From Prorocentrum cordatum (lineage: Eukaryota): a stretch of 64,000 nucleotides of DNA. The stretch spans positions 1-64,000 of the forward strand of contig CAUYUJ010000127.1 of assembly GCA_963575745.1 (NCBI GenBank), written 5' to 3'. The notes under the pieces are model-generated. The model ran no database searches, was not told where the DNA came from, and saw nothing but the letters and a program-made list of their open reading frames with translations. Positions within the stretch are counted from its first letter, which is position 1. Each line of letters opens with the position of its first letter. This document shows positions 1 through 13,293 of the stretch, piece after piece. Position numbers and translations under genes: made by a program.

Positions 1-514
1 GGAGAACGGAGACGACGGAGACGACGAGTCGAACGGAGAAACCCCTCACACACGCCGACAGGGTCGGCGGTGTTTTTTTTTCGTCCGCGGCCTTACGGTG
101 CGCGTGCGATCAGGAACCACGCGCACGGACACGTGCACACTGGCTGCAGACTTCGAGCCTCAGGACCTCGATGCTGCATCTCTGCAAAACCACGCGCATC
201 TCTCTGGGATTCGACGTTGCGAAAAACTCAGCATCGCCGAAACTCACGGCCCGAGCCCTAGACCCCATCTTTCTGCGGCATGTTTCTAGCCATATCGATG
301 AATAATGGCCCTAGGGCCCGAAAAGCGGGCAAAAACGCCTGGTGTGCAAAACTTGCAGCGCCCGGATCTAGGCTGAACGCCGCGATCGTTCGGGTGACCC
401 ACGTGGCGCCACCGAGGCGTGAGAGCTGCAGTGCGGGGTGGCATCCCCAGCCCAGCCCGGCCAATGAGGGGGCCATGTCTTTTCATTTTTCGTCGGAAGA
501 TGGACCTGAGCTGG

Positions 515-790
515 TGCGTCGGTTTGGCGGCTATGTGGCCGCCGTCGCCGCCCCGCCGTCGCCTCGTCGCCGCCCATCGTCTGGGCCTGTGTGTCGGTCT
601 GGCGGCTATGTGGCCGCCGTTGCCTCCCTGTCGACAACTCGTCGCCGCCCATCGTTTGGGCCTGTGCGCTGGTCTGGCGGATATGTGGCCGCCGTCGCCA
701 CCCCATCGACGCCTCGTCGCCGCCCATCGTTTCGGCCTGTGCGTCGGTCTGGCGGCTATGAGACTACCGCCGCCGCCCCGTCGACGCCGC
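515..790. repeat. 75-bp tandem repeat, ~3.6 copies
   Basis: GGCGG(C/A)TATG recurs at 526, 601, 676 and 751. The first two units hold a perfect GGCGGC-tatgtg-GCCGCC hairpin. Confidence 0.9.
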
Positions 791-799
791 GATTTGCAT

Positions 800-1145
800 T
801 GCATTGCAAAACACGGATTGCACCACATAGTTTGCACCACCTAGAACGCACCACGGTGATTGTACCACATATATCGCACACCATATACTGCACGATGTAG
901 ATTGCACAGCATAGGGTGCACCACATAGGTTGCACCACATGGATTGCACCACATAGATCGCCCAACATCGACTGCACTACACATGTTGCACAAAGTAGGT
1001 TGCTCAACCGCGCGACCTGCATTGCACCCCACAGATTGCACGACATAGATGCTGCACAACATACATGGCATCACAGATATTGCACCACGTAGACCGCAGC
1101 TCATATATCGCGCAGCATAGATCGCACAACATGGATTGCAGATAG
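800..1145. repeat. Degenerate ~14-bp minisatellite (TTGCACCACATAGA-like)
   Basis: Many variants of tgcaccacat(a/g)g; the motif recurs near 2011 and 4660-4700. Confidence 0.75.
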
Positions 1146-1169
1146 CATATTCTCTTTTCTCAAAAGAGA

Positions 1170-3920
1170 ATAGACTCTCCCCCCCGGTTTTATCTGTACA
1201 CTTTTGTGTTCCAATTTACACCCGAATCTGCCCCATCGTCCATCCTAAAAATGGATTCATACCAATACCAGCCGAGCCGGGTTCGACACCCCCCGCCATC
1301 CTCTGCAAAACATACCATGCGCGCGCACTCGTTTATCAATAATCACAAGTTTCCAAGAGTCCCTTGAAACCAATGGGACGAAGTGCGCACGCGCGCGTCG
1401 TCGCGCGCGCATGCCGAAATCCTTCAAAAACCTGCGGTGTCGTAAGGATTTCAAAATCGAGTGCCCCAAAAACATATCAACACATAGGGTTTCGCAACAC
1501 GAATGTTCAATATCAGCGTGCGCGCACGTTCTTGCGAATTCTTAAGTAAACCATTTGTTTTTTCAACACAGAACATGCTGCCAAACGGGCTTCGCGCACG
1601 CATGTCGAAGTCGTTCGAACGCCCTTGCGCGCGTGCCGCCGCGAGGATCCTTTGCAAACAATCTGTCGAAGTGCACGCGCGCACGCGTCGTCGCGCGCGC
1701 ATGCCGAAATCTTTCCAAAACTGGAGCTTCCGCATTTATGTCAAAACCGAACGTGCAACAAACATGCAAAAACACATGGTGGTGTTTCAAACTGCTCATG
1801 GGATTCTGTCAAACGGGCCTCGCGCGCGCGCATGTCGATAGCTGGCCGCTGCGCGCGCGTGCTAGGGTCGGTGCGGCCGCAGAGATGCACCAGCCAATGC
1901 CAAGCATTCATCGCAATGGCCACCGCATGGGTTTTGCAAACCAAGTTGCGGGTGGGCGGGTGGGAGATTTGCAAGAGCATGGGATGTGCCAACGCGTATG
2001 TTAAAATCAATTGCACCACATATATTATCCCTGCTAAGAAAAACGAATAGACTCTACCTCTTCTCCCCCCGGGATTATCGCCCCCCCTTTTCGTATTACA
2101 ATTTACATATGATTCTGCCCCATCGTCCATCCCTAGTATGAATTCGTACCATCCCAGGCAGGCCTGTATCCGCCCCACAGTCATCCTTTGCAAACAGTAC
2201 TATGCGCGCTTCCTTTTTTATCAAAAGGCAGAAGTGTTCAGAAGTGCACTCGCGCGCGTCGTCGCGCGCGCATGCCGGAATCCTTCCAAAACCTTCGGTG
2301 TCGTAAGGGTTTCAAAATCGAGTGCCCAACACATATACAACATAGGGCTTCGCAACACGGGTTTTCAAACGCAGCGTGCGCGCGCTCTTGCGGATTATTA
2401 AGGCAACTACTGGTGCTTCAAATGTTTTAAGAAAATGCTCCCAAATGGGCTTCGCGCGCGCGTGTCGAAATCGTTCGAACGCCCTTGCGCTCGTGCCGTT
2501 GCGAGAATCCTTTTACCATAAATGAGACGAAGTGCACGCGCGTGCGTCGTCGCGCGCGCATGCCGAAATCCGTACAAAAACCGGAGACGCCGTAGCGATT
2601 TCAAAGCCGAATGTCCAAAACACATACAAACACATAGTTTCGCAACATCAGTTGTCGAAAAAGCGTGCGCTCGCGCTCTTGCGAATTCTTCAGGAAACCA
2701 CAAGTTGTCCCATCAGTTCATGGAATTCTGCCAGACGGGCCTCTGGCACCGCAGGCCGACATCGTGCGCGCGTGCTGGGGGCGCACGGTCCGTGTCACAG
2801 AAAACCATGCGGGCCCTTTTCGCGCGTCGGCCGCGCGCGCATGTCGAAGTCTTTTCAAAACCTTTTATCGCGGACGCGAGGTCGCCGTCATCGTCGTCGT
2901 CGTGGCCGCGCCGTCGTCGGTGCGAACATCGTCACCACCATCGCTACTACCATCATCGTGTCTACCGATGTCGACGTTGCCATGGTACCGCGCCCACCCA
3001 AATCGCCGACTCGCAGTGAAATGCCCGCTGGGATGTGCCCAGCGGTCAGCGCCACGCTGGCCGCTGCGCGCTCGTGCTTGGGTTGGCGCGGCCGCAGAGA
3101 TGGACCAGCCAACGTCAAGCACTCCTCGCAATCGCCGCCGCATGGGGTTTTGCAAACCAACTTGCGGGTTGGTGGGTGGGATGATTGCGCGGGCGGTGCA
3201 CGGTAGTCAATTCTTCAGTTGAAAAATAAGTTCTACCATCCTCCCCCCCCCCGGACTGAAGACCCCCCAGGAACCGATGCAACACACATAGGGTTCTGCC
3301 CCATCGCCCATGCTTAATATGAATCCGTACCATCCCAGGCAAGCCGGTATCGCCCCCCCCCCCGACATCCTCCGCCAAAACATATGATGCGCGCGCATTC
3401 ATTTATCAACAAGCATAAGTTGTCAAGAACCCCTTGCAAACAACAAGTGCACACGCACGCGTCGTCGCGCGCGCATGCCGACATTGTTCAGAAACCTTCG
3501 GTGTCGGATAGATTTCAACCCCGAGTTCCCAGAAAACATGAAAAGGAGGGTTTCGCAACACTCGTTTCCAAGAAAAACTTAAACGCGCGTTCTTGCGAAA
3601 ACCCTACGGGAATCATAGGTGTTTCAAGATTCATAAAAGAAGAAATGTTGCCAAACGGGCTTCGCGCGCGCGCATATCGAAATCGTTCGACCGCCCTTGC
3701 GCGCGTGCCGTCGCGAGAACCTTCTGCAAACAATAAGCCGAAGTGCACGCGCGCGCGTCGTCGCGCACGCATGCGGAAATCCTTCAAAGACCATCGATGT
3801 CGAAAGGATTTCAAAATCAAGTGTCCAGAAACATACAAAACATAGGCGTCGCAACACGGATGTTCAACAAAAGCGTGCGCGCGCGCTCTTGCGTCGTCGT
3901 CGTCGCCGTCCTCCCTCCTC

Positions 3921-3952
<32 letters not shown>

Positions 3953-4700
3953 CACTGTCTTTCCTCGTCGTCGTCGTCGTCCTCTTTGGCGTCGTCGTCG
4001 TTTCCGTCGTCGTTGTCGCCGTGGTCGTCCTTCCTCCTCCCTCGTCGTCGTCGTCGTCCGTCGTCGGCGTCTCGTCGTCGTCCCTCCTATTTCGTCGCCG
4101 TCGTCTTCCCTCGTCCATCGTCGTTGTCGTCGTCGGCGTCGCCGTCCTCCCTCCTTCTTCGTCGTTCGCGTCGTCGCCGTCCTCCCTCCTCCCTCGTCGT
4201 TGTCGTCGTTGTCGCCGTCGTCGTCCTCCCTTTTCCCTCGTCGTCGTCGTCGTATTCGTTGGCGACGTCGTCGTCGTCGTCGTCGTCATCCTCGTCGTCG
4301 TCGTTGTCGTCGTGGTCGTCGTCGTTGAAGGCGTCGTCGTCGCCGTCGTCGTCGTCGGCATCGTCATGTTCGTCGTCGTCGTCGGCGTCGTCGTCGGCGT
4401 CGGCGTCGGCGTTGCCGTCGTCGTCGTCGTCGTCGTTGATGTCGTCGTCGTTGTCGAAGTCGTCGAAGACGTCGGTGTCGTCGTAGTCGTCGGCGTCGTC
4501 GTCGTTGTCGCTGTCGTCGTCGGCGTCGCTGTCGTTGCCAAGTGTAATTTGGTACCCACCGTCACGGTCTTAAGAAGTCTTGCGACCAAGTTGCTGGTGG
4601 GAGGGTGGGATGTTCGGACGAGCAGTGGAGAGGACAGCTTCAAGACAGTCAAAGTGAATTGCACCACTTACGTTGCACCACATGGATTGCACCACATACA
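1170..4700. repeat. Three diverged ~0.9-1.4 kb tandem units, each with two ~290-bp subrepeats
   Basis: AAGTGC..GCGCGTCGTCGCGCGCGCATGCCG occurs at ~1381, 1669, 2242, 2530, 3446 and 3741. A shared end motif TTGC(A/G)A(A)CCAAnTTGC..GGGTGGGA occurs at ~1933, 3150 and 4580. Confidence 0.8.
3890..4540. repeat. (GTC)n microsatellite expansion
   Basis: Imperfect GTC/TCG triplet run inside the third satellite unit. Confidence 0.95.
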
Positions 4701-5082
4701 TTGTTTTCTGAAGAGCCTCGCAGACTGCCGACGTCCCCGCCGCCCCCTCACTCTTATTATTCGATCCTGCAGGGTGCTACGTATGTTGGCCGTGGTGTAG
4801 CGTCAATCCCCAACTCCCTCGATACATTGCAGTCGCAACGCGCGACGAAAGGCGACCGAGCGAGGGTCCGCAGACGAACGGGGCGAGGGCCGCAGAAGAC
4901 GCCGAGCGGAAGGGACCGACCGAAACGCCGAGCAGGGGCCGAGAACCTGGCAGGGACAATACAACAGTCAGGGGAGGGGCACGGGCCGGGATGGAGGAGC
5001 ACGGGAGGAGGCGGGAGGGGAGGCTGGGGAGGACCGCGACCAGCGGGGCGCCCGCGCGGGGGGCGGGGCGGGGCATCGAGGC

Positions 5083-5151
5083 GTGGTGCTGGATGGCCAC
5101 GTGCAGCGGCGTCTTGCCGCCCGCGGCCAGCGCGTTCGGGCTGCGCTTGGC
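5083..5151 (-). CDS. Isolated exon encoding part of an ankyrin repeat (AKRSPNALAAGGKTPLHVAIQHH)
   Basis: G-x-TPLH-x-A ankyrin motif preceded by PN; every codon ends in G/C; AG|G acceptor and GC donor; 69 nt. No partner exon identified. Confidence 0.6.
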
Positions 5152-5626
5152 CTCCGCTCCGAGGGGGGAGGCCCTGCTTGTTCGAGTCGGCGGCGATGCG
5201 GTCGCGAAATTTTGGTTAGTGCGTCGCTCGATCAGTCCTGGCCCACCGCGCCTCTGCGCGACGCGCTACTTCGCGGTCCTCGGACGTCCGCGTGCCGAGC
5301 TTTTCCCCGCCTCCCACCTTGCGGGAGCGGAGCGACACGCCATCCGTTTGCAGGGCATAGCGTGTCGCCGGGGCCGCCGCCGCAACACGCTAGGCAAGAG
5401 TTCCCGACCGTATGGTCTTACTTCGGCGGCGAGTCCCCGGGCCTTCTGGGGAGTTTTTCTGTCTTCCCCGAAGACGCAGAAGCCTTCCCGGAAGGCGCGA
5501 GGGCTCCGGAAGAAGCCACGCCGCCGTCTGAGAAGGCCCCCTCCTCCTCACTTCCCCCCCCCTCGCTCGCCGCCGATCCTCGGGGTCCGAGGTCACCGCA
5601 CGGTCTGTCGCCGCACGGTCTGGCAG

Positions 5627-5734
5627 GCCCCCGGGCGCGCCCCCGAGGCCGCGGCGGGCAGCAGGCGGAGAAGCCCGCACGCAGAGGGCGGCAGCCACAA
5701 GAGGCACCACCCGTCGGGGAGCTCCCACAGCAAG
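5627..5734 (+). CDS. Candidate short exon (APGRAPEAAAG...PSGSSHSK), low complexity
   Basis: CAG|G acceptor, AAG|GC donor, 108 nt, GC3-rich; no recognisable domain. Confidence 0.35.
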
Positions 5735-6841
5735 GCGCGCGGGCGACATGCCCCGAGACCCGGGCGGTGAGAGGGAGGGGAGGGAGGGAGGGAGGGAGGG
5801 AGAGGAGGGAGGGAGGGAGAGGAGGAGGGAGGGAGAGAGGGAGGAGGAGGAGGAGGAAGAGGAGGAGGAGGAGGAGGAAAAGCAGGGAGTGAGGGAGGGA
5901 TGGAGGGAGAGAGGAGGATGAGGAAGAGGAGGCGGAGGAGGGAGGGATGGAGGAGGGAGGAGGGAGAAGGAGGAGGAGGAGGAGGAGGAGGAGGAGCCTT
6001 GAGATCTGGGCGTTGCAATTGTATTTACTCTGGGCGTCTTCGCCCGGTGTCGGGCCCCGGAGCCATCACAGATCGATCGGGCTCGGTAAATGCAGCAGAG
6101 CTATGCGGTCCGGGGCACTGGTCGTGATTTGGTTCGCGGTGTTGCATGTTGTTTTTGCAAGTTCGGATCGCAAGTTGGAAGCGAGGTTCAGGGCAAATGC
6201 CGACTATCAGAGTAGGGAAAAGCGTACGTACCGATGCCGATGCCCTGTCCTTCCCTCCCCATCCGTCCCCTCGGGCCTCCTGGGGGGGGCCCTCGCCGGA
6301 CTGGACCTACCTCGGCATCCTTGCCAGATCTCACCGTGGGAGAGGTCCAGGATGTAGCGTTCGGGGCTCATGTGACGGGGGCAAGCGCTAACGGGGGTCA
6401 GCAAGTCCCCGCAAGTAACTCGTATCTTCAGCTATTCATGTTGTATTGGGTTGTTTGGCGTGGGATTCGGGATCGTATAGAGAGGGACTGCGGTGCAAAC
6501 TGGCGTGTCCATGCTACTGCTTGCGCTACATTGCGATACATGTGAAGATTCTGGATGATACGAAGTGGGGGTATACATATCATTCCCCTGCTGCTGTCTA
6601 CTGCGACATGGTGCATTACTGTTGACACGCACGGCCAGTCTAGACCGTTACGCGGGCCACAGGATTCCCCAAGCGACTGACATGTTCATGCGCGTGCTTC
6701 ACGCTCGGGCTCGCGCACGGTTGACAAATTATCTTGTGCAGTCGCACACTCAGAACAGCAAGCATTCGGATGATGTGATCCGTGGTGGTAAGAAATCGAC
6801 CTCCAGCGCCCACCAACGCAGCATCCCGACCACCCTCTTCC

Positions 6842-9800
6842 ACCAACTCAGCACTGCGCCATCTAGCCACCAGCATCCATCTTCCCAGCTCCACCTCCAA
6901 CTATCGACCTCCCGCGTCCACAAACTCGGCATTATGACCCCCAGCCGCTAGCACCCAACTCCATTTCCACCTCCACCTATTGACCTCCAACCACCAGCTC
7001 AGCACCCTGACCTCTCACATCCAGCATCCGACATCAAAGTTCACACCACCACCCTGACGTCTGACCTGCCCCGACGCCTGCGCCGCCTCCGACTCTGCTC
7101 CTTCTGGCGCCTGCTTTATGCCCGATTGCAGCCCCAGCTACAACAGCGGCCGCCGACTCCAGCTCCCCACCGACTCCAGCTCACCAGCGACTGAATTCAA
7201 TGCACGACCTGCGCGCAGGGAGTTGCGCTTTTGGGCCCACGGCGCACCGGTACCAGGGCCCGTGCCCGTCACCCTGCAGCCTCCGCCCTGGCACGAGGAC
7301 GGCTACCTGAAATACCTGACGTGGTTCCGACGGGCATCATCAGTCGCAGCACCAAGATGGACAGGGAGGTCTCGACATTGATGCCAGGGTGCGACGCCAT
7401 GGTGGCCACGGTGTGAGCCATTCTCCCGCACGCCCGCTCCTTGGCGGGGTCTCCTCCTGTTCCTCCTCACCTTTTGACTGCGCTGTGCGTTTTGGGATTT
7501 TATATAAGTGGCCACTGGGGCCACTGGGGTTTCCCGCGCTGTGCCCCTGCCCCCTCCCCTCCCCCTCCCCTTCGTCTTCCGCGCCCCTTTTTGCTCCCGC
7601 CTCCCGCGCGATAGAAACATTGGCATATTTTCTATCAGCCGCGTCGCCGTACGGGTCGCTTGTTTCTCTGTTGCACTGTGCGCTGTCCTTGCTTTAGTCG
7701 TTGCGTGCTCCCTTTTTATATGAGTCGTCGGTTGGACCGTGTGGGGGTGCACATGCAGCGCCATGGGGCGCTGCAGATGTCACGGGGCCAGTGCGGCGCA
7801 GGTGGCGTTACAATTCTTAAAGTTGTTTTTCACCCAGTCCGGCGTCTCCCTCAGTAAAATATGTTGTAGTCTAGGCGCCGCTGCAGACAGCAGATCAGGG
7901 TATTCAAATTTGAATACCCAGTTAGCCTTGGTTCGCTGAGAATGTCCAGTCTTTAGTGACATGTTGCTGTTGGGCCGCTCAGGGAAAAATTACATATTCG
8001 AGACATTTCGCGTAACCCGACCTGTCCATCCAAAGACGATGCCCAGGCGAGTGTAGGAGCACGCAGTGGAATAGCGGGCTGCGGAAGCCTTCGTACCCCA
8101 AGAGGGAGCGGATGGAGGAGGAATCGGAAGAGGAGACGGGGGAAGCGAGCTTCCCAGGCTGCAGCCTTCGGCACGCGGGCTGTGGGGCCTCTGGCGGAGG
8201 CTACTTTCGCACGGCGCCGAGTGCTGTTTCTCTGAAGAGGCCCGAGACGAGCGGCTCCAGGCTGAGGCTGCTCTGTCGCCAGGTCTGGCCTGTCCCGTCG
8301 AAGAAGAAACAGCTGCAGAAACATGGTGCCTCGCGGGCCCGCGCGGTTCTTGGATCGGCGCTGGGCCCTGTGGGGGGTGCGATGAAGTCGTTCTGCGCCG
8401 CGCCAGTTTTGGCCCGACCCATGGAAGACCAAACACTTGCATACTACATTGAGCATTGCATCCGCAAACCACGCACAACCATTCTCCCGGTTTGGCGACA
8501 ACGCGACATCGGCGAGCCGCGTGCACAAGTTTGGAATGTTCGAGCGATGCGTTGAATTGTCCACCTCCACCTGTCGACTTTCAACTTCTACCAACTCAGC
8601 ACTGCGCCATCTAGCCACCAGCATCCATCTTCCCAGCTCCACCTCCAACTACCGACCTCCCGCGTCCACGAACTCGGCATTATGACCCCCAGCCGCTAGC
8701 ACCCAACTCCACTTCCACCTCCACCTATTGACCTCCAACCTCCACCAGCTCAGCACCCTGACCTCTCACATCCAGCATCCGACATCAAAGTTCACACCAC
8801 CCCCCTGACGTCTGACCTGCCCCGACGCCTGCGCCGCCTCCGACTCTGCTCCTTCTGGCGCCTGCTTTATGCCCGATTGCAGCCCCAGCTACAACAGCGG
8901 CCGCCGACTCCAGCTCCCCACCGACTCCAGCTCACCAGCGATTGAATTCAGTGCACGACCTGCGCGCAGGGGGTTGCGCTTTTGGGCCCACGGCGCACCG
9001 GTACCAGGGCCCGTGCCCGTCACCCTGCAGCCTCCGCCCTTGCACGAGGACGGCTACCTGAAATACCTGACGTGGTTCCGACGGGCATCATCAGTCGCAG
9101 CACCAAGATGGACAGGGAGGTCTTGACATTGATGCCAGGGTGCGACGCCATGGTGGCCACGGTGTGAGCCATTCTCCCGCACGCCCGCTCCTTGGCGGGG
9201 TCTCCTCCTGTTCCTCCTCACCTTTTGACTGCGCTGTGCGTTTTGGGATTCTATATAAGTGGCCACTGGGGCCACTGGGGTTTCCCGCGCTGTGCCCCTG
9301 CCCCCTCCCCTCCCCCTCCCCTTCGTCTTCCGCGCCCCTTCTTGCTCCCGCCTCCCGCGCGATAGAAACCTGGGCATATTTTCTATCAGCCGCGTCGCCG
9401 TGCGGGTCGCTTGTTTCTCTGTTGCACTGTGCGCTGTCCTTGCTTTAGTCGTGGCGCGTTTCCTTTTTATACGAGTCGTCGGTTGGACCGTGTGGGGGCG
9501 CACATACAGCGCCATGGGGCGCTGCAGATGTCACGGGGCCAGTGCGGCGCAGTTGGCGTTACAATTCTTAAAGTTGTTTTTCACCCAGTCCGGCGTCTCC
9601 CTCTGTAAAATATGTTGTAATTTAGGCGCCGCTGCAGACAGCAGATCAGGGTATTCAAATTTGAATACCCACTTAGCCTTGGTTTGCTGAGAAAGTCCAG
9701 TCTTTAGTGACATGTTGCTGTTGGACCGCTCAGGGAAAAATTACAGATTCGAGTCATTTCGCGTAACCCGACCTGTCCATCCAAAGACGATGCCCAGGCG

Positions 9801-10310
9801 AGCGTAGGAGCATGCAGTGGAATAGCGGGCTGCGGAAGCCTTCATACCCCAAGAGGGAGCGGATGGAGGAGGAATCGGAAGAGGAGACGGGGGAAGGGAG
9901 CTTCCCAGGCTGCAGCCTTCGGCACGCGGGCTGTGGGGCCTCTGGCGGAGGCTACTTTCGCACGGCGCCGAGTGCTGTTTCTCTGAAGAGGCCCGAGACG
10001 AGCGGCTCCAGGCTGAGGCTGCTCTGTCGCCAGGTCTGGCCTGTCCCGTCGAAGAAGAAACAGCTGCAGAAACATGGTGCCTCGCGGGCCCGCGCGGTTC
10101 TTGGATCGGCGCTGGGCCCTGTGGGGGGTGCGATGAAGTCGTTCTGCGCCGCGCCAGTTTTTGCCCGACCCATGGAAGACCAAACACTTGCATACTACAT
10201 TGAGCATTGCATCCGTAAACCACGCACAACCATTCTCCCGGCTGGGCGACAACGCGACATCGGCGAGCCGCGTGCACAAATTTGGAATGTTCGAGCGATG
10301 CGTTGAATTG
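6842..10310. repeat. Head-to-tail duplication of a ~1.75-kb unit (6842-8560 and 8590-10310)
   Basis: Near-identical sequence at offset 1748-1751, for example the ORFs at 7118 and 8869. The copies diverge after GTTGAATTGT. Confidence 0.95.
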
Positions 10311-10810
10311 TACAGCCATCTGCATAATTCCGCGGAGTTCCACGCGGCGCAGGCCCAACATGTTTTCGCGAACCTCTAACACACTGGGAGCATTGGGCAA
10401 GGAGCCCTTAGTTCAGGAACCGAGGGTCTGGAAGCCGTGGAACTCCAATCGCAGATCGGCCATGGATGTCACTGCCGCCTTCATCAACTGAGGAGACCCC
10501 CAGGGTGTGCGCCATCTGGGGCACATTCCTGAACGAACGTCTCCATCGTGTGAGAGATCCGTGATGAACGCCTCGAAACGTTTTGACAGCCTGAGGCTGA
10601 TGCAGGAGAAGGCGTTCCAGAGTGGAGGACGGGCTGGGAACAGTTTTTAGATTCCACGTTCGACATCTGCCAAGGTCAAGGTCAAGGTCTCGTACGAGCA
10701 CGAAGCCAGGTCCGATACCGGACGCACAGTGAAACAATGAGGTGTTGGTGTTGTTGTTTCTGTTGTTGTTGATTAATTGGCCAATCTTCGGGAAAAGGGA
10801 GGATGAGATG

Positions 10811-10845
<35 letters not shown>

Positions 10846-11900
10846 CAAAAAAAAAACAAGAGAGAGAGAGAGAGCGAGAGCGAGAGCGAGAGCGAGAGAT
10901 CATTATTCGATGGGCAAGGCCCAAGAGTACATGGGATTTGGCGAACTGCGTGGTTCAGCGAAGTGAAGAGGGCCCCGCCACTGCTCAATCAAGTAAGATG
11001 AGGAAGGGGTGGGATGGGGCGGAATAGAGAGGAAGACGGAGCGAAATGGGGAGGTGCTGGATTCGGGGGAGGGCGGAGGTGGGATGGGGGCTCGAGAACT
11101 CAGAAGGCAGGCTCTGGCTCTGGTCGACCTGGGCCGAGCCTGCCAGCAGCACGCCCCCTCGCCAAGGCTTCGGCGTCCGGTCAACCCGATAAGTCTTTCG
11201 TGCACCTCCCTTCAATGATGGGAACATTACTTCTGCGCGGGCTTATCGACATATTGGGGCCCAAACAATATTGGGCGTCTAATTCTCCCCCCGCGCGGGC
11301 CACCGCTGATGATCGGGGGGGAGATGGGGATCCCTGATGGTGATGATGGTGAGGGGAAGGACGAGGAGGGGAAGGACGAGTTGAATTGCCAGCCGAGAGC
11401 TGCATTAAAGACTTGACCGTGGTTTCAGTAGGTACGTCAAATCACAGACGTGCCTGGCGACTGGTGCCCCAAGATACTTGTTGATTTCCATTTGGGCCCG
11501 CAGACGCCTGGGGCACCCTGCGAGGCTCAGAGTCGACGAAGGATGTGCCCCCAGATTTCTTGTAGCAAGATGTCCTACCGTATGTGCCCACTGCACTCCT
11601 GGGAAGAGCGATGGCCAGCGGCACGCTGAGCCCGATTCGACAAGGGACATGCCTGTGTGACAACGGCCACCGCCGCTTTCGGACACGTTCAGCAGTGGGC
11701 CAAAGTCCCCGCACCTGCGCCCAACTCTCGGACGGGGCTAGGACGAAATCCGTCCCAGAGCGTTCCGGAAACGCTTTGAAAAGGCCGCGGCACCGGAGAC
11801 AGTTTCCAGAGCCGCCGGATCTCTGAGATTTGCGATGTATCTTCGCTCGTTCTTGTCCTTGTCCTGGCTTCGTCCTAAACTCTTCTCGTGCCCCGGCAAG

Positions 11901-11999
11901 GGCGCTGGCAGCAACGGCAGCGGCGCCGAGGGCGGCGCCGAGGCCGCTGCCGCGGGAGGCTGCGGCCCCGACGCGGCCGAGGCTCCGGCGGGCGGGAAG
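11901..11999 (+). CDS. Candidate short exon (GAGSNGSGAEGG...EAPAGGK)
   Basis: AAG|G acceptor, AAG|GC donor, 99 nt, GC3-rich; low complexity. Confidence 0.35.
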
Positions 12000-13089
12000 G
12001 CAGCACAGCAGGGTGCTTCTGTCCGGTGGGGCAGCATTCCACTCGCCCTCAGGGCCCCATAAGCGGGGACATTGATAAATCAGGACGTTGACGCGCCCGA
12101 GAAAGTTGTAGCCGTGGCTCGAAACATGGTCCATCCTTCGTTCTCTGCATGTGGACTTCTCAAAGTCCTGGTGCCTCCTGGGGCTTCCCAGGGCTTCTGG
12201 TGCCTCCTGGGGCTTCCCGGGCCCTGTGGGTTCTGAACGGGACATTGTCGACATGGACTCTGGAAATGATTGCCAGGGTATGCTGCCCCCCCCTGGCCAG
12301 TTCTACAATCTGTCCAGCCCCGGCCAGTGTCTCTGCTGTTTAGGATTCGTCCAAGCCGCGGCGAGGTGTTCTTCCTTGTTGAGCTCGAGGTCGCAGGAAC
12401 CATCTCCAGCGACAATTCGACTGCGCGAACAACCCTCCCTTCCGAGAGATTCTCAACAATTAATAATTACTTAGTTACGGTGCTGTCGCGGCATGTTGGT
12501 CAAGGGGGACGGGGGCCATGAGGGGGTCCACCAGCCACTGGAGCCAAGCCATAGGCCACGGGACGCCACTGAAGCCAAGGTGCAGACCTCATCCAGCACC
12601 CACCATGGGCGGCGCGAGGGAGGGTCGCCATGAAGGAAAGGGGTCGTGGAGGAATGGTGGCCTGGAGTTTTTGTTCGCCGTTTTCGACATCCATTGGCCC
12701 TTCCTGGGCCCCAGGACCGTCAAAACCTACTCAGGATGAGAAGCCGGTCCTGAGAAGAGCCCTGGGTTTGGGCGCTCGGCGCTTAGCGGTGGGCAGTAAA
12801 CGGGGGAGAGGTCGAGGATTGTATGAAAGTAGCCCTACGGGAACCCTAGACGGCTTCTAAACTGCCCCGATGAGACCACAGCTCCCCGATCACCTACCAA
12901 TGAGCGGACAGCCGGTCTCGTTCGACGTGTCCTTCCTCTTCTTCCATCCCTCCTTCTCCCAGACTGCGCTTTCAGGCGTCGCAGCGTTTCACCTTACATT
13001 CACACACCCGTGCTTTTCCGGAAGCTTCGGCACCACCCTGCAGCTCCCCGCCCCCGTGGTGCAGGTCGTGTGCCGTGTCGTCCGATGGG

Positions 13090-13293
13090 TCGGCGGCGAG
13101 CCCGGGGGCGAAGTGAGAAGAGGCGGGCCTTCTCGGAAGGTTCAGAAGTCCCCGGGCCTTCTAAGGAGTGTTCTCAGCATTCCCCGAAGACACAGGATAT
13201 CTTTCAGAAGGCCGCAGCAGTTCTGAGAAGCCCCGCCGCCTTCTGAGAGGGCCTTCTCCTTCTCACTTCCCCCCCCCCCTCGCTGGCCGCCGA
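13090..13293. mobile_element. MITE-like element, family C (relatives at ~5423-5576 and ~30120-30310)
   Basis: Imperfect long inverted termini TCGGCGGC..GGGGG.GAAGTGAGAAG..CCTTCTCGGAAGG / CCTTCTGAGAGGG..CTTCTCACTTCCCCC..GCCGCCGA. TSD not resolved. Confidence 0.65.

Noticed and set aside
8112..8555. 147-aa ORF repeated in the 1.75-kb duplication
   Set aside because: Conserved only because the duplication is recent; no domain recognised and adjacent frames are broken.
12366..13112. Possible micro-exons VFFLVELE (12366) and VVCRVVRW (13065)
   Set aside because: Too short to support; the apparent GTGAG donor near 13113 lies inside a MITE terminus.
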